64,000 nt of DNA from Geosiphon pyriformis uo1 (Eukaryota; Fungi; Glomeromycota), in assembly GCA_016748015.1 (NCBI GenBank), contig JAAOMT010000502.1, positions 62,001 through 126,000 on the forward strand, in the 5' to 3' direction. Both the position numbers and the translations under genes were made by a program. The notes below the pieces were generated by a model, which was given only the letters and a program-made list of their open reading frames with translations, was not told the DNA's origin and did no database searches. Of this stretch, positions 26,316 to 38,598 are shown piece after piece (the first letter of the stretch is position 1; every line of letters starts with the position of its first letter).

Positions 26316-27818
26316 ATGTTTCACATAAGAAGTGCCATTAATTGCTTGATTTCTGGCCTTTATCACTATTCATTCTCAAAACAAAAATGTTTATTAAACA
26401 GCTTACTATTAATAGTACCAATATCAATTATAATTTCCTCGAGAAATTTCTTCAAGTCAATTTCTAATTCGAATTTTAAAAACAAAATTTTGTATCAGGA
26501 TTCTTTAAATATTGATATGCAAGTTATACGGAACGATACGCCTCTTATTATTAGAAATCCATTTATATCTCATATTATTCAAAAAAAAAAGAAGAATTTA
26601 GATAAACGAGAAGGTTTATCATCGCATCCCCAAAAGAAGCTGATATTAAAACAAAGAAAATATTATTTGGAGCAAATTTCACGAATGTATATTTTTGCCA
26701 ACTGCGCTTATTGTTTCAAAAATAATAGGATTGGTCAGTTTGTGCCAGACGATCAAGTTGTTGGTAAGGATAAATACTTTATTCAAAAACCGAAAATTTT
26801 CTAATGGAACTTTATATTTGTTTTTAGCCGACGTTTTGACCGATAATATAACAGGATATATATTTGTGTACTTTAAAGGAGCCCAAATGACGAAATCTCA
26901 ATGGGAAACCCGAAAACCAACATTCGTTCCATTTCATGTTGACGGAATGAAAACAAATAAACTGATCTTGGTTGATAGTGAATGGTTTCAGGATGCCAAT
27001 CTCATGAAACAGGCAGTAACTCAATTATTAAAAAAAGAAATTGAGAAACACAGGAACACCCCTTTGAAAATTTTCTTTGTTGGACATGGAGTTGGGGGTG
27101 GTAATAATGAGATGTGATCAATTGTTTTTAAACCTCTATGAATCAAATCTCATTTTTTTCTATAAAATAGCGTATGCCGCTATCTCAGCCATTATATGGA
27201 AAATAAATTTAAGAATCAACCATTCAACAGCAACCCCCGATGATATTTCTGCTTCCGAAAACTTGTATATTTTTACATTTGGTCAACCCCGTATTGGTAA
27301 CATTCCATTTGCTCGTATGGTGAATCGATTACTAAAAGACCATGTTATACGTGTTACACATGAAAATGATCCTGCACCACATTTTTCTCCATCTGAAAGT
27401 GGAAAGGTGTTAACTGAACATTTTGAAACTGAAGTCTGGCTAAAGTCTATTCCATGTGATTGTGCATCCAGCGAAAGGCCGATTTCAATCGGAGAAACAA
27501 ATATTTATGAATGTTTAGGATTCTTGCCTAATTGGAAAAATGCTATTTTTGAAATTGAAAAAGCAAAAAATTTTTATAAAGAAGGCATATATGATGTTGA
27601 AGGTGGAGAGTCGGGGGAGAATTTGGCAAGTAAATTTAATTTATTTTGCCTTAGACAATTTGAATCAGCTTTGATCTTATTAAATATTTTCGACATAGGA
27701 CTGCAATGCCGGACAATCAATTGCTGGAGTTCCTGATGATTTTGTCCACAAAGGACCTTATTTTAAATTTTTTTTTGAGGATTGTTCTGGATGGGGAATC
27801 AAAAATGCAAATTCTTGA
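26316..27818 (+). CDS. Class-3 lipase-fold protein B, 431 aa, nucleophile Ser replaced by Gly; exons 26316-26763, 26828-27100, 27171-27625, 27699-27818 (intron 3 is GC-AG)
   Basis: Spliced CDS is 1296 nt and in frame. Hydrophobic N-terminus, LDKR, FANCAYC, IFVYFKG, FVGHGVGGAYA, IFTFGQPRIGN, RVTHENDPAPH, EHFETEVWL, ENL|DCNAG, HKGPYF. Intron positions and phases match gene A. Confidence 0.88.
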
Positions 27819-30672
27819 ACCACAAAATGATTCAAGAATTTTTACCAAGGGAGTTGACCTGACCGGAAAAACTGGGTGGTGCAATCGTATGATAAATTTT
27901 TAAAATGAATCCAGATAATAATAGTGTCGATTATGAAATTTACAAATTTCCTCTGAAAAATAATATTTGATACCGCTTTTTATCAAAGTGTTTTTTCTTT
28001 TATTCAGAGGTTTAAAAGCTAGAGTCGGCCCAAAAAATCACAGGATTGGCTGTGATTATCTAAAATCAATCAAGATATGAAAAGACAAAATTTTAATTAA
28101 ATGATCAGATTTCTTGATTACATGTCCAACTTAAAATAGAATTTATCAAAGCAATTAAAGCAAAAAACTTGATAGTAATATTTTCCTTAATTTATTACAC
28201 ATAAATTTCAAAATTTCAAAATAAGGCTTTATATTTGTGCCGAACATTCTCAATAAAGTATATTTTAAATATTCAAGAATTCTGCAACTAGCTTATAAAT
28301 TTTCTTACAAAAAAGTCATTCCCAATTTATTATTTTTTAAAAACAAAAATTTCAAGATTGTACAACTTATATCAAAAATTATGCTTCAAGTTTCGTATAA
28401 GCTATTATTTAAAAATACTTGCTAATTGATATTAATTTCTTGGATTAATTCTAATTTCAAAATTTTCAAGATCATCATATATTTTTGGTTCAATGTGACT
28501 TGAAATATAACTAGATCAAGACTTTTTTTCATATTAAATAATTTTTGCACTTCACAGCCGCAGTTACATAAATCTGTTTTAAATTATAATGTTTTATTTA
28601 AATAAACTGATTAGCCAAATTTCTCCTTTATTAAAGTCTATGTTAATATTAAGATATCGGATCACAATAAAAACCCATATAAATTAAGCACAAAACAAAT
28701 TCACAAAAATTTTTTTTTGATTGATCAAATCAAACAGTTGTTATTAAAATTTTTAAGAAATAAAAAAGGTTTTACGAAAAAATCATTTGTACATAAAAAT
28801 TTAAAATTTTTGGTTGAATATTTAAAATAACAATCTATTTACTTTTTGATAAATTTTTTCTTTAAAACATGTAAAGCATTTTATGTTTTCTTTGTTATAA
28901 AATTAAACCTTGATAATAAATAATTTTAAGCAAAATTCAAATTGGGATTATTTAACAAACTGATTAATTTCAAAAAAGAAAGATCAATTTTATATAAGTA
29001 TACTTAATCTACTCAAAAATTTTCAAGTTAATTATTGCACAAATTTGAATGCAAGGCATTTTTATAAATTAGGATCATGTTTTTTGTTTAATGTTTACAT
29101 ATTAATTTAATATTTTTAAAATTGAGCAAAAAATACACTTACAAATGATAAAAAACATTGCAATTCTGATAAATATATAATATTTTCAATAAATATATTC
29201 TTAATCATTTATATTAACCAAAAAAAAAATTTAACAGCAATCTTAGTGTATATTTCAAAAAATGCCAATGTTAATAAGAAAAAATATTTATCAAATTTAT
29301 TAAAACAAATAATATATTTTAAAATTTATGCAGTTGAAACTTGTGCTTTGTTAGTTTATTTAACAAGAAACTTGTCGGAGTGGTTTTTCAATGTGCAAAT
29401 TTTATTATGGTAAAATGGAAATTATGCTAATCAAGATAATACGCATTTTTGAATGCCATTATCTCATAATTTAGGAAGTAATATTAAGTTCATTTATATT
29501 TTGTGATTGTTGCTTTAATGCTTGAAATCGTGTGAGACTATACGCAACGAATTTAATTTATCTGTCTTATTTTTGTTTTATCCATTTGAATATGACTGTT
29601 CATCTTGTGCCTTGAATTTGAACATAAAAAGATGAAAAATTTTATATTGTTTATTGATATTTGGGACAAAATTAAAAAGAATTAATTTAGCCTAAAATTG
29701 GTGTGACATGAATTCCCAATGTAAAAAGATGATAGGTCAAAAAGATGTTGATTTTCAATTTCAATAATTATGTAGAAACGCTTGACTAAAAAAGGTAACA
29801 GAAAAAGTTAACAGGCAATAAATCTGGCCAATGGTTTTAAATTTACCTTTAGAAAGTCCATAAACAATATTATTCGTAAGCTAAATGCATTTATTATGCC
29901 TTTGTAAATGAAAAACGGTAACAGGAATTTGTACATACACATCAGGTTAATTATTGTAACTCTTAAAATTTGGGAATATATGTTGTGACCGAGAACTTTG
30001 GCATTTTCAATCAAGTAATACATTAACAGGTGTAGATTTTTCAATGAATGCTTATTAGAAATTAGTTCAATATCACTAAGGGACAAATACTATCCAACCG
30101 ATTAGTTTTAGCAAGTTTTTTTTTCATTTCAAAAAATCTAAAACTACTTCGATTACCAATTTTAATATTAACATAAACTTTTATCCATTGAATATGTCGG
30201 AAATAATTTTGATTTTCACAACTGCAAACAATTTTCTTCCTTTTTAATATCTAGCTTCCAATATCCATGAGGAAAAAGCTTTTGTAGATTTGAAGAAATC
30301 GCAAAAAATTTAATTTTCAAAATAAGTGAAATAGCTTATTGGGAAATCTTCACTAAATATTAGGAATTTTAATAGACTTTTGAACCGTGGTAAATATATT
30401 CTATTGCAATTCGACCAAGTTCGTCAAATGAATTTTTGAATTTAAGCTCAAAAAATCAGTTTTAGATATTTATTGATTTTGTTACCAAAAATTAACAGAT
30501 AAATTTCTCATTTCGAGAATGATAGTGAAATTCTAGGGTATTTCTAATACCTTTTGGTGGTTTCGAATTTAAAAAAGAAACTAAATAAAATTAAAATTAA
30601 TCGATTCGTAAATACACTGCTGCCCCTCGTCTCATAACATTAAGTCCCGTTTCTGAATGAAAGCTCGTAAAT

Positions 30673-31446
30673 CTATTGCGACATAGAAGCCACCAATATT
30701 GCCAAGAATGCAGTACAAAAAATGTAGAAACCAGATGCAGATCCAAACGAGGCAGCCAAACTGGGAATGCTTGAAGGGCTGCTTGTATCAATTGAACTGG
30801 TATCAATACTACTGCCAGGACTGCCAGAACTGCCAGAAACACTAGTGCCAGAAACACTACTGCCACTTTTAGTGGAACTTCCAGGTTTATTATTGTCATT
30901 AGTTTGAGTTCCATTTATGGCTGAGCAATCACCATTCCCATTATTATTTCCATTATTATCACCAACAAAACCATTTCCATATCCATTACCGTTTCCACTT
31001 CCAACATTACAATTCCCATTGTTATTTCCATTATTAGATCCGACATTATTATTCCCGTTGTTATTTCCATTATTAGATCCGACATTATTGTTCCCGTTGT
31101 TATTTCCATTATTAGATCCCATATTATTGTTCCCGTTTCCATTACCATTTCCGTTTCCAATGTTTCCATTTCCATTGTTATTTCCATTATTGGATCCTTT
31201 ACTGTTGCCGTTATTATTTCCGTTATTGAAACCTGGACCGTTACCGTTATTGTTTCCGTTATTAGTCCCACCGCCACCGCCGTTATTTTGACCGTTGTTA
31301 CGAGAAGGGTCACCGTTGTTTTGATTATTTTTTTGCCGTTTGACGAGGTCCCTTAGAGAGTCGCTATCATATCCGACGGCTAGAGTTGAAAAGAGAACCA
31401 GAGTTGCTGAAAAGACGAGGGTGAGGTAAAGATATTTTGGAACCAT
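30673..31446 (-). CDS. Secreted, probably GPI-anchored Asn/Gly-rich repeat cell-surface protein, 257 aa, single exon
   Basis: Signal peptide MVPKYLYLTLVFSATLVLFSTLAVG, Kex2-type LVKR, 13-aa repeats GSNNGNNNGNNNV, Ser/Thr-rich stalk, and C-terminal hydrophobic tail SGFYIFCTAFLAILVASMSQ. Confidence 0.88.
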   Translation of the reverse strand: MVPKYLYLTLVFSATLVLFSTLAVGYDSDSLRDLVKRQKNNQNNGDPSRNNGQNNGGGGGTNNGNNNGNGPGFNNGNNNGNSKGSNNGNNNGNGNIGNGNGNGNGNNNMGSNNGNNNGNNNVGSNNGNNNGNNNVGSNNGNNNGNCNVGSGNGNGYGNGFVGDNNGNNNGNGDCSAINGTQTNDNNKPGSSTKSGSSVSGTSVSGSSGSPGSSIDTSSIDTSSPSSIPSLAASFGSASGFYIFCTAFLAILVASMSQ

Positions 31447-34400
31447 TTTGAAGACTCTTTAACAAAAAAGAAGGGATAAAAATTTCAATATTTTATTTAG
31501 TGCGTTTTTATTGTTGAAAAGAGCAGAGAATCAAAAATTTCTTAAGTGAATTGATGAATAGCATGCCAGGTGCTTTTATAGCATAATCTCAGACCAAATC
31601 ATATGCCAAGACTCCATAATCTAAATTTATGCAGTATTGGCGTCGGACTGCATATTCTTTATTTACAATAAAATGATTGAGAATATTTGATGAAAGGTGG
31701 ATTATGTTGAAAAATATTAAAACTAGGTGATGGCTCTCGATAAATTTTCTCCGAAAAATTACCAATTAGACACTAGACCAAATAAACAATTGATGCATTT
31801 ACTATTTGTTTATTGCAAATCGATCAAGTCAAGGAGATTTTATATCTTAACAATAGCAAACATGGGATTCGCTTGGCATGAGACACTGGCGCTTTTTCCA
31901 TATCCTTCCATACCCAGAATCTTAAAAAAGAAAAACCCAGTGTTTGACATTTCTATGACTCTATAGATATTATTTTCATTGTTTGTTGGGTTTCAATACA
32001 ATTTTATTTTTGATTATATAAATAATGTCAAGAAATTTGACTGGCTGAATTAAATACATCACGATATTTCACTTTTTAGCAAAGAATGATCCTTTTCGAA
32101 TTGAGAAGAGGAAAAAAGAACTTTTATTTTTATTTTTCTGCGACAAGAGAGATTTAATATTCGGCATCAGTGAAAAAGATAACATAATAACCGCCTAATT
32201 GGCAAAAGTCTCAATCATAACCCTTTTTTTGATATAACAATAAAAAGTTTCAAAAAAATCTTATTTACATTTAAAGATTTTAAATAAATCCCCGAGAAAA
32301 GTGCTAAATTATTGTTTGAGTCTTATAAACCATTCCGTCGCACGAAAAAATTAATTTTAATTTTAATTTTAAAACATTGACACCGTAAATTTTTAATGTC
32401 ACTCAAGATATCTGTAAATTTGAATTATTTTGTGTAAAGAAAGAAAAGTTATCTCGATTTTTACTTTCCAAAAGGAAACTTACAGATAATAATACTATGT
32501 GACCCAATATTAACACAAAAATTTCAACATGACCTTAAATATTTATAATTTTTTTAAAAATTTGCATTTCAGACAAAAGTGGAAATTGAAAATTTAAAAT
32601 AATTCAGAAACTTTTATTTATTTATTCATCGTCATGAAAAAGATTCATATTAAAATGATCACATTATTTTTATGATAATCGACAAAAGCTTAATATTGTA
32701 AAGTTTTCATTTGCTTATTTCATGTCAACAAAAGAAATTTGGAAACTCCATCAATATTAATAAAACTAAACACTAATTTTGGTTTTCTGTATTTTCTACA
32801 ATTTCAATGAAAAAATGAGCTTCCAACAAGAATTTGATGTAAATCTCTTTACTAACTTTAAAACTTTAACTTAAATTTTCTATTCAAATCAAATGGAATA
32901 TTTTCTTGGACTCAGAATTTTCAAAAATTAATTTACATTTTAAATGCAAATGAATCCTTTAATAAAGAGTCACATTAATAATAACATTTAAAATATTACT
33001 GGCTCATGTATAATTATTAATTTTCCAAAGGCTGCATAAAATGACGTATTAAAATAAAGGTATAGTTTAAATAGTAATTGAGCTTTGGTTCAACCTAATT
33101 AATGCTAAAAGCCTTTCCTCTCCGAACCTTTATATTCTTGCTAATTGGTCAAGTTCTCTCTTTTTCCTGTTTCAAAAGGTCAAAAATGAGGTTTTCCATC
33201 GATTAACTCTTTCCTAATTGACCCATTTAAAGAACATATACGTTTTCGTGACGTTTTATGCATAAAAATAGCTTTTTTAGCTAAATTAAATCAAATCAAA
33301 TCAAAGTCCTGACCAAAGTTAGCTAGATGGTTTCGAATTTATGAAATAAAGGTTCAAGATTCCGACTACTTGGAAAAAATTTTATATTAATGGATAGACG
33401 CTCTCTTCAAAAAAATTCACATTTCTTTTAGTTAGCTTTATGTTTTAGCTCACGATGTTCACACAAAATCTCAATTCGGAAAAATACATCGATAGCTTTC
33501 AATATAATACTTTACTAGAATTGAATTGAAGTATTTTCTTTTTAAAGTAACCATGCAAAAATCATAATTGTGGTTTTTTTTTGAGAAATCTATTTGCAAC
33601 TAAATTTGTTTTTAAAAATTCCCAACTGATTCCTTTTTTGAGTTTGAAGCAAGGAATTTTTTCTAAAAAGTCAAATCAATTGAGAATATAAAAGTCCAAT
33701 ATTTTAAGATCTTTGATATCATTTCAAGTCAAATTTCGAACTTTGAGGAATCAATTAAAACATTTTCAAAACAGACAACTCATTATTAACAAGAATTTTT
33801 TAAACAACAGAATTAGAAATTTATGAAACGAATTTTTTTATTTTTACTTTTATATAATAAACCAAAGCAAAGTCAAGTAGTTTTTTTTTAATTTTGGAAT
33901 TTATTATTAATAAAAATAAGTAATAAGTATATATAACCATAAATATAAAATTCAAGATTTTTTTTACTTTAAAATTTACTTGGTTTTTTAATTAATTTAC
34001 ATGAAAATGCCGAATCAAGATTTTTCCAAGAAAAATCTAAATAAAAATGACGAATTTGTGTGCAAAACATATTTACAAGAGAATTCCATCCATATAGTTT
34101 TCTTAAAAATGTTTGATTCCAAGAATAAAAAGCATATACTTGGATTTTTTTCAAATTTTGATTAATCAGTTCTTATTTTAAGGTTATTATTTTACTCTTT
34201 CAAACCCATGAGAAATCTCTCATCTATAAAGTGATTTTAATATTTTAGAACTATAAAAAAACTCATAAAACAAACTTTCAGCTTTTTGTATTGATAAAAT
34301 TCAAACCATATTATAAAACTTCATATGATCTCAAACGATATTATTAAAAACAAAATGATATAATGGCTTATCACGCAAGAAAACCTACATCGATGCCATT

Positions 34401-34584
34401 CATTTTTATATCATTGTTTTATTAAAATATCGCTTAACTCTCGAACTTCTACCAAACAAAAAAAGGAAGGCAAGTAATCCCTTTAATAAAAATGACTACT
34501 TGTTATAATAGATTGGTGTAAAAGTTTTTTCTAATAATTACCTCAATCAGAGTTAATCATAAATTTTAGGAAGGATTGGTACTT

Positions 34585-35310
34585 TTTACTATATCCAAAA
34601 TGTGACAGCTTTTCCAGTTGACTTAATCGAGCATATGAGAAGAATTCTTTGTTGTCAAAACCGAATGTACTAAAATCCTTCCTCCAAAAGAAACTTGATC
34701 GAATTTTGGATATGAAATTCAGATTGCCCTCAACAAAAATATACTTATTTAGTCACATAACTTCATTTGCATATTTGTTATTTCTTTCGTGGTAATGTAT
34801 TTGACGGGTTCACCAATTCCAGATTTCTTGCCGAGCCCTTTGAGTACAATTGCAATTTGCGATGGTGAATATAACTAGACAGCCTGGGCTGCAACCATTC
34901 TTTTGATTGCGTTAGGGCGTTTGAGTGAGTGACTTTCTTATAATCGGTGGGTGTGGTCAGGAGTATTTCTATAGCGTTCGACATGGACTTTTTTCCACAA
35001 AGAAGTCTCAATTAAATTAGAAGTCAGCAAAGGAATTCATCCAGCACATACCTTTCACAAAGAAGTAAAATGTTTAATTTGATTTTCGAATCACAAATGC
35101 CAGCTGCATGTATCATCGTCTTTCATCGTTTGCAATCAGGAAAACCTTCCTTACGAGAGCTTGATTTGTTATATTTTGTGAAACGACATGATCAAACCTT
35201 CCAGGAGTCGCCATTGGCAAGCTTGATTTGATTCCAGTTCACCCAAATGTTCGAGACAAGTGGACACAGCTCGTCGAACTCACCCAAGTTCATGTCAAAC
35301 GGCTCGTTCA
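34585..35310 (-). mobile_element. Degenerate Mutator-like (MULE) DNA transposon, N-terminal transposase fragment
   Basis: Reading through stops gives EPFDMNLGEFDELCPLVSNIWVNW..CRFTK..GICDSKIK..VERYRNTPDHTH..KRPNAIKRMV..KEITNM..SQLEKL. This is the C..C..HxH WRKY/GCM1-type DNA-binding region of Glomeromycotina MULE transposases (recognised from family knowledge). No TIRs found. Confidence 0.72.
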
Positions 35311-35782
35311 CATAAAATAAAAAAGCGCACTTATTTTTCATATTTGCAGCTATCTGTTTAAAAAAAAGATGTAGTAGTTACGCTTGAGCGCGTATTTACA
35401 CGTTTCAGAATGCAAAATGGGATCCTCAAATTCTTATCTGATGCGGCTTTAGCAATCTATAATGACAAAGTTTTTTTTTAAAAAGTGAGACCAGAGTTAT
35501 ATTCAAGGATATCAAAAATATGGTGTGATTTTTAAATATTTTTACGACAAAGCAGGAGGTTAAATTAAGCCTTTTACATTTTCAATTTTGGGCATGTAAT
35601 ATCTTAGAATCAATGAGGTGATGATTTTTCAAAATCAGCTGAAAATCACAATCATTTTAAACAATTTACCTCTATAAATATACCTCAATAAATATACTTC
35701 AATTCAATTTGACTAGTTTTTCTTATCCCCAGTCTGATTTATGATCTCATCGACAACTCAAAATAAAGAATCCGTTACTTAG

Positions 35783-36432
35783 ATGGCAACAGGTCAGGAT
35801 AATACCAAAAAACCGTCTTTTGATGCTGGTGCTATCCAGAGGGGTTTGATTGAGGTCAGCGCGTACGCAACACCATATATTGAAGCAGGTCGAAAATGGG
35901 TCGGGGCAATATTCTCCAAAACTCCCGACTGGGTTCAAAACATATTTGGACGAGCTTATACAGTTATCACCAGACATCAATTGCTGAGTGATTACGTAAT
36001 CTCTTTTGCTTTTTGGTTCACAATCCCTTTTCTTGGTTTCTTGATTTGGTCTCTTGGCGGTTTGTTGATTACTGGTTTTATTGGTATGCAAAAAAAATTT
36101 TTTTTTGGGATAACCTGTTGTGAATTTTATGACAATAATTTTTTTTTGAAATTTAAGGTGCCGTCCTGTTCGCAGTAGTCAACGGCTTTGTGATTGGTTC
36201 AGCAGCGGTTGTGGTAACTCCATTCCTAATTTTTGCATTCATTGCAAGTTTCATTACCACCTGCATCATTACACTTTTACGATGGTGTTACTGTGCCAGC
36301 GAATTTTTTATCAAAGCAAAGTCATCCTTTCCAGGAAATGGTGATGGGAATGGTAATGGAGGGGATACTGCGGGGGAATTTTCGGCAAATTTTCCAATCG
36401 GTCGAAATGGGAATGGAAACGCAAGCTTTTAA
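35783..36432 (+). CDS. Promethin/LDAF1-like lipid-droplet membrane protein, 191 aa; exons 35783-36083, 36158-36432
   Basis: Splicing gives an uncharged hydrophobic tract of about 70 aa, FAFWFTIPFLGFLIWSLGGLLITGFIG|AVLFAVVNGFVIGSAAVVVTPFLIFAFIASFITTCII, typical of promethin hairpins. Gene model is solid; family call is by pattern. Confidence 0.7.
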
Positions 36433-38598
36433 AAAGAAGTAAGATCTATCTTCACTCGTGGGAATATCAAAATAAATACAATACCAGGGTTTAAAGCATG
36501 AGATTTTGAACAGACAAAATCTTTACCTGAACATTGGTTTGAAACCACATATAATAAGTTTCAAGGGAAGTTTTTTTTGTCTCTCGAAATCGGTAGTTAT
36601 TTATCTGAGATGCTATTTCAATTAATATTTTAAAGAGAGGGAAACTAATAAACTGAAAATGATAAATTTTTGGAATCTTTAAAGAATCTCCTTTACTTAA
36701 AATTAATAGAACCTATTGGGGTATATGAGTCGAGCTAAATTCTAGAAAATCATCTTAAGTTTCTCCTTTTCGATAGAAACTTTCAAATGATGCATCTTGG
36801 GCCAGAGAAATTTTATTCATAAGTTCAATTGAAAATTAAAAAGGAAAGTTTGAAAAGCCATAGTTAGTTTAATATTGCTTGAACTAGTTTTTTGTTAAAT
36901 AAAACATAATATTTTTAACTGAATAAAATCTTCAAATTTTAAACATGCATAAAATAAATGAAAAAATTGATCTTTAAAATATAAGTATTTTGATATTAAG
37001 ATTGAAATTGTAGGCTTTTAATTTTTTAAGTATAAAAAGATTTTTCAAAACAAAATTTTTAGCTAATTTCATATTAGAGATTAAAGCTTTAAAGAATATT
37101 ATTCATTAATCAACTATTTTATTATTAATAAACATAAGATATATCTTTATTTTATTTCTTGTTAGGTTAAAAAATCATGAAGTTTTGCAATGTGTTGAAT
37201 AAATATTGAATAATCAAGATAATCTTGAATCAAAGTAAAAACAACTTAAAAAAGAATCAATAATTTATTGGTTTATTACATATTTTTGTTCAAAAATAAT
37301 ATTTATATTAAAAAATGGCTATTGTAGCATCAAAATTAGTTATTTTTAATATTGACATTAATGTGTCGGCCTTTTCTGGAATTTTGAAACGCGGTAACTT
37401 TGACAACAGTGTTTCCGCCATTGATTTCACTCGAATGAATTTAGATTTTTAATTTATTGTTGCTGTTATACAAAGAAATTGAAAAGGTCATTTAGCCAAA
37501 AATACAATGAGACAATTTGAACCTTTTTCAGTATTTTGTGTGCTATAGCAAATCTATATAGTATCATTGATTTGTAGTGAATCATAGTCTGATGAATAAG
37601 GTAATAAATTAAAATTGTAAATACATCCGCTGACTCAGCCTTTAGACAAATTACTTTCTAAACGTACCATCAAATAAAGCTTTAAAAAAACCCTCTTCGA
37701 ATAATAACTTATTCATGTCATCAGAGCATTAGAAATAGTTATACTAGTACTTTTTGCAGTGCATGCCACATTATATTTTTTGAAAAAATTAATTAATTCA
37801 TTAATTTAATTAATATACAGTATATTGAAAATTTACATTAATTTACTTGGCTTTTTAAAGGTAAGAAATTACATTTATCATTTTTCTTTGGTAAAATTTA
37901 TGCTCTTGCTTAATACTCATTTATTTTCTATTATATTTAGGTGTATCTTTGTTGATTAAAATTTGTAACACAAATAAAATAAAGTTTTAAACTATTTTTG
38001 ATAATATGTATTTCTTATTTACAGGTTTTAATGTAAATAACAATAGAACTGGCTAATACCTGAACTTTAAAGAAAATTTTTTATTATAAGCAATATAATC
38101 ATTCTGGTAACAATTTTTATAAAAAACAGATTATGAAACGGCAATTCTTGAAGAAAAGAAGTGTAACCAAAGATTGAGAGCACGAAACCGAATGCCACTG
38201 AAGCAAAGCTCTTGATCAATAATCAAAAACGTATTTGGCCATAAAATTGGTGCGACAGATTTACACCGAAATCTGTTCGCGAAAAGGTAAGAGAAAAGAT
38301 CTTTTGTATCCTGAATATATTCGAACATACCTTGCAAGTATTTCAGAGGAAATTAGCGGATATCATGACTAAGTTTGTATTAATGAGATTTAAGATAGTA
38401 AAATTTTCGAATCAAACATTTAACCAATCAATGGATGACAAAACACTACTTATTTGAGATTTTGCCTCATTAGATAGGATTTAAGTTTAATTGTAGACAC
38501 ACAATTACTTATCCTAATGAAAAAAAACGATTTAAAACCAAATTTTGTATGGAAGAATATTGAAAATATTTTTTCATTAAAATTGATTGCGCAAAAAA

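Noticed and set aside
30597-31313. Alternative-frame and antisense ORFs with MEITT or PLLFPLL repeats
   Set aside because: Shadows of the Asn/Gly repeat gene; only that frame has a signal peptide and a GPI-like tail.
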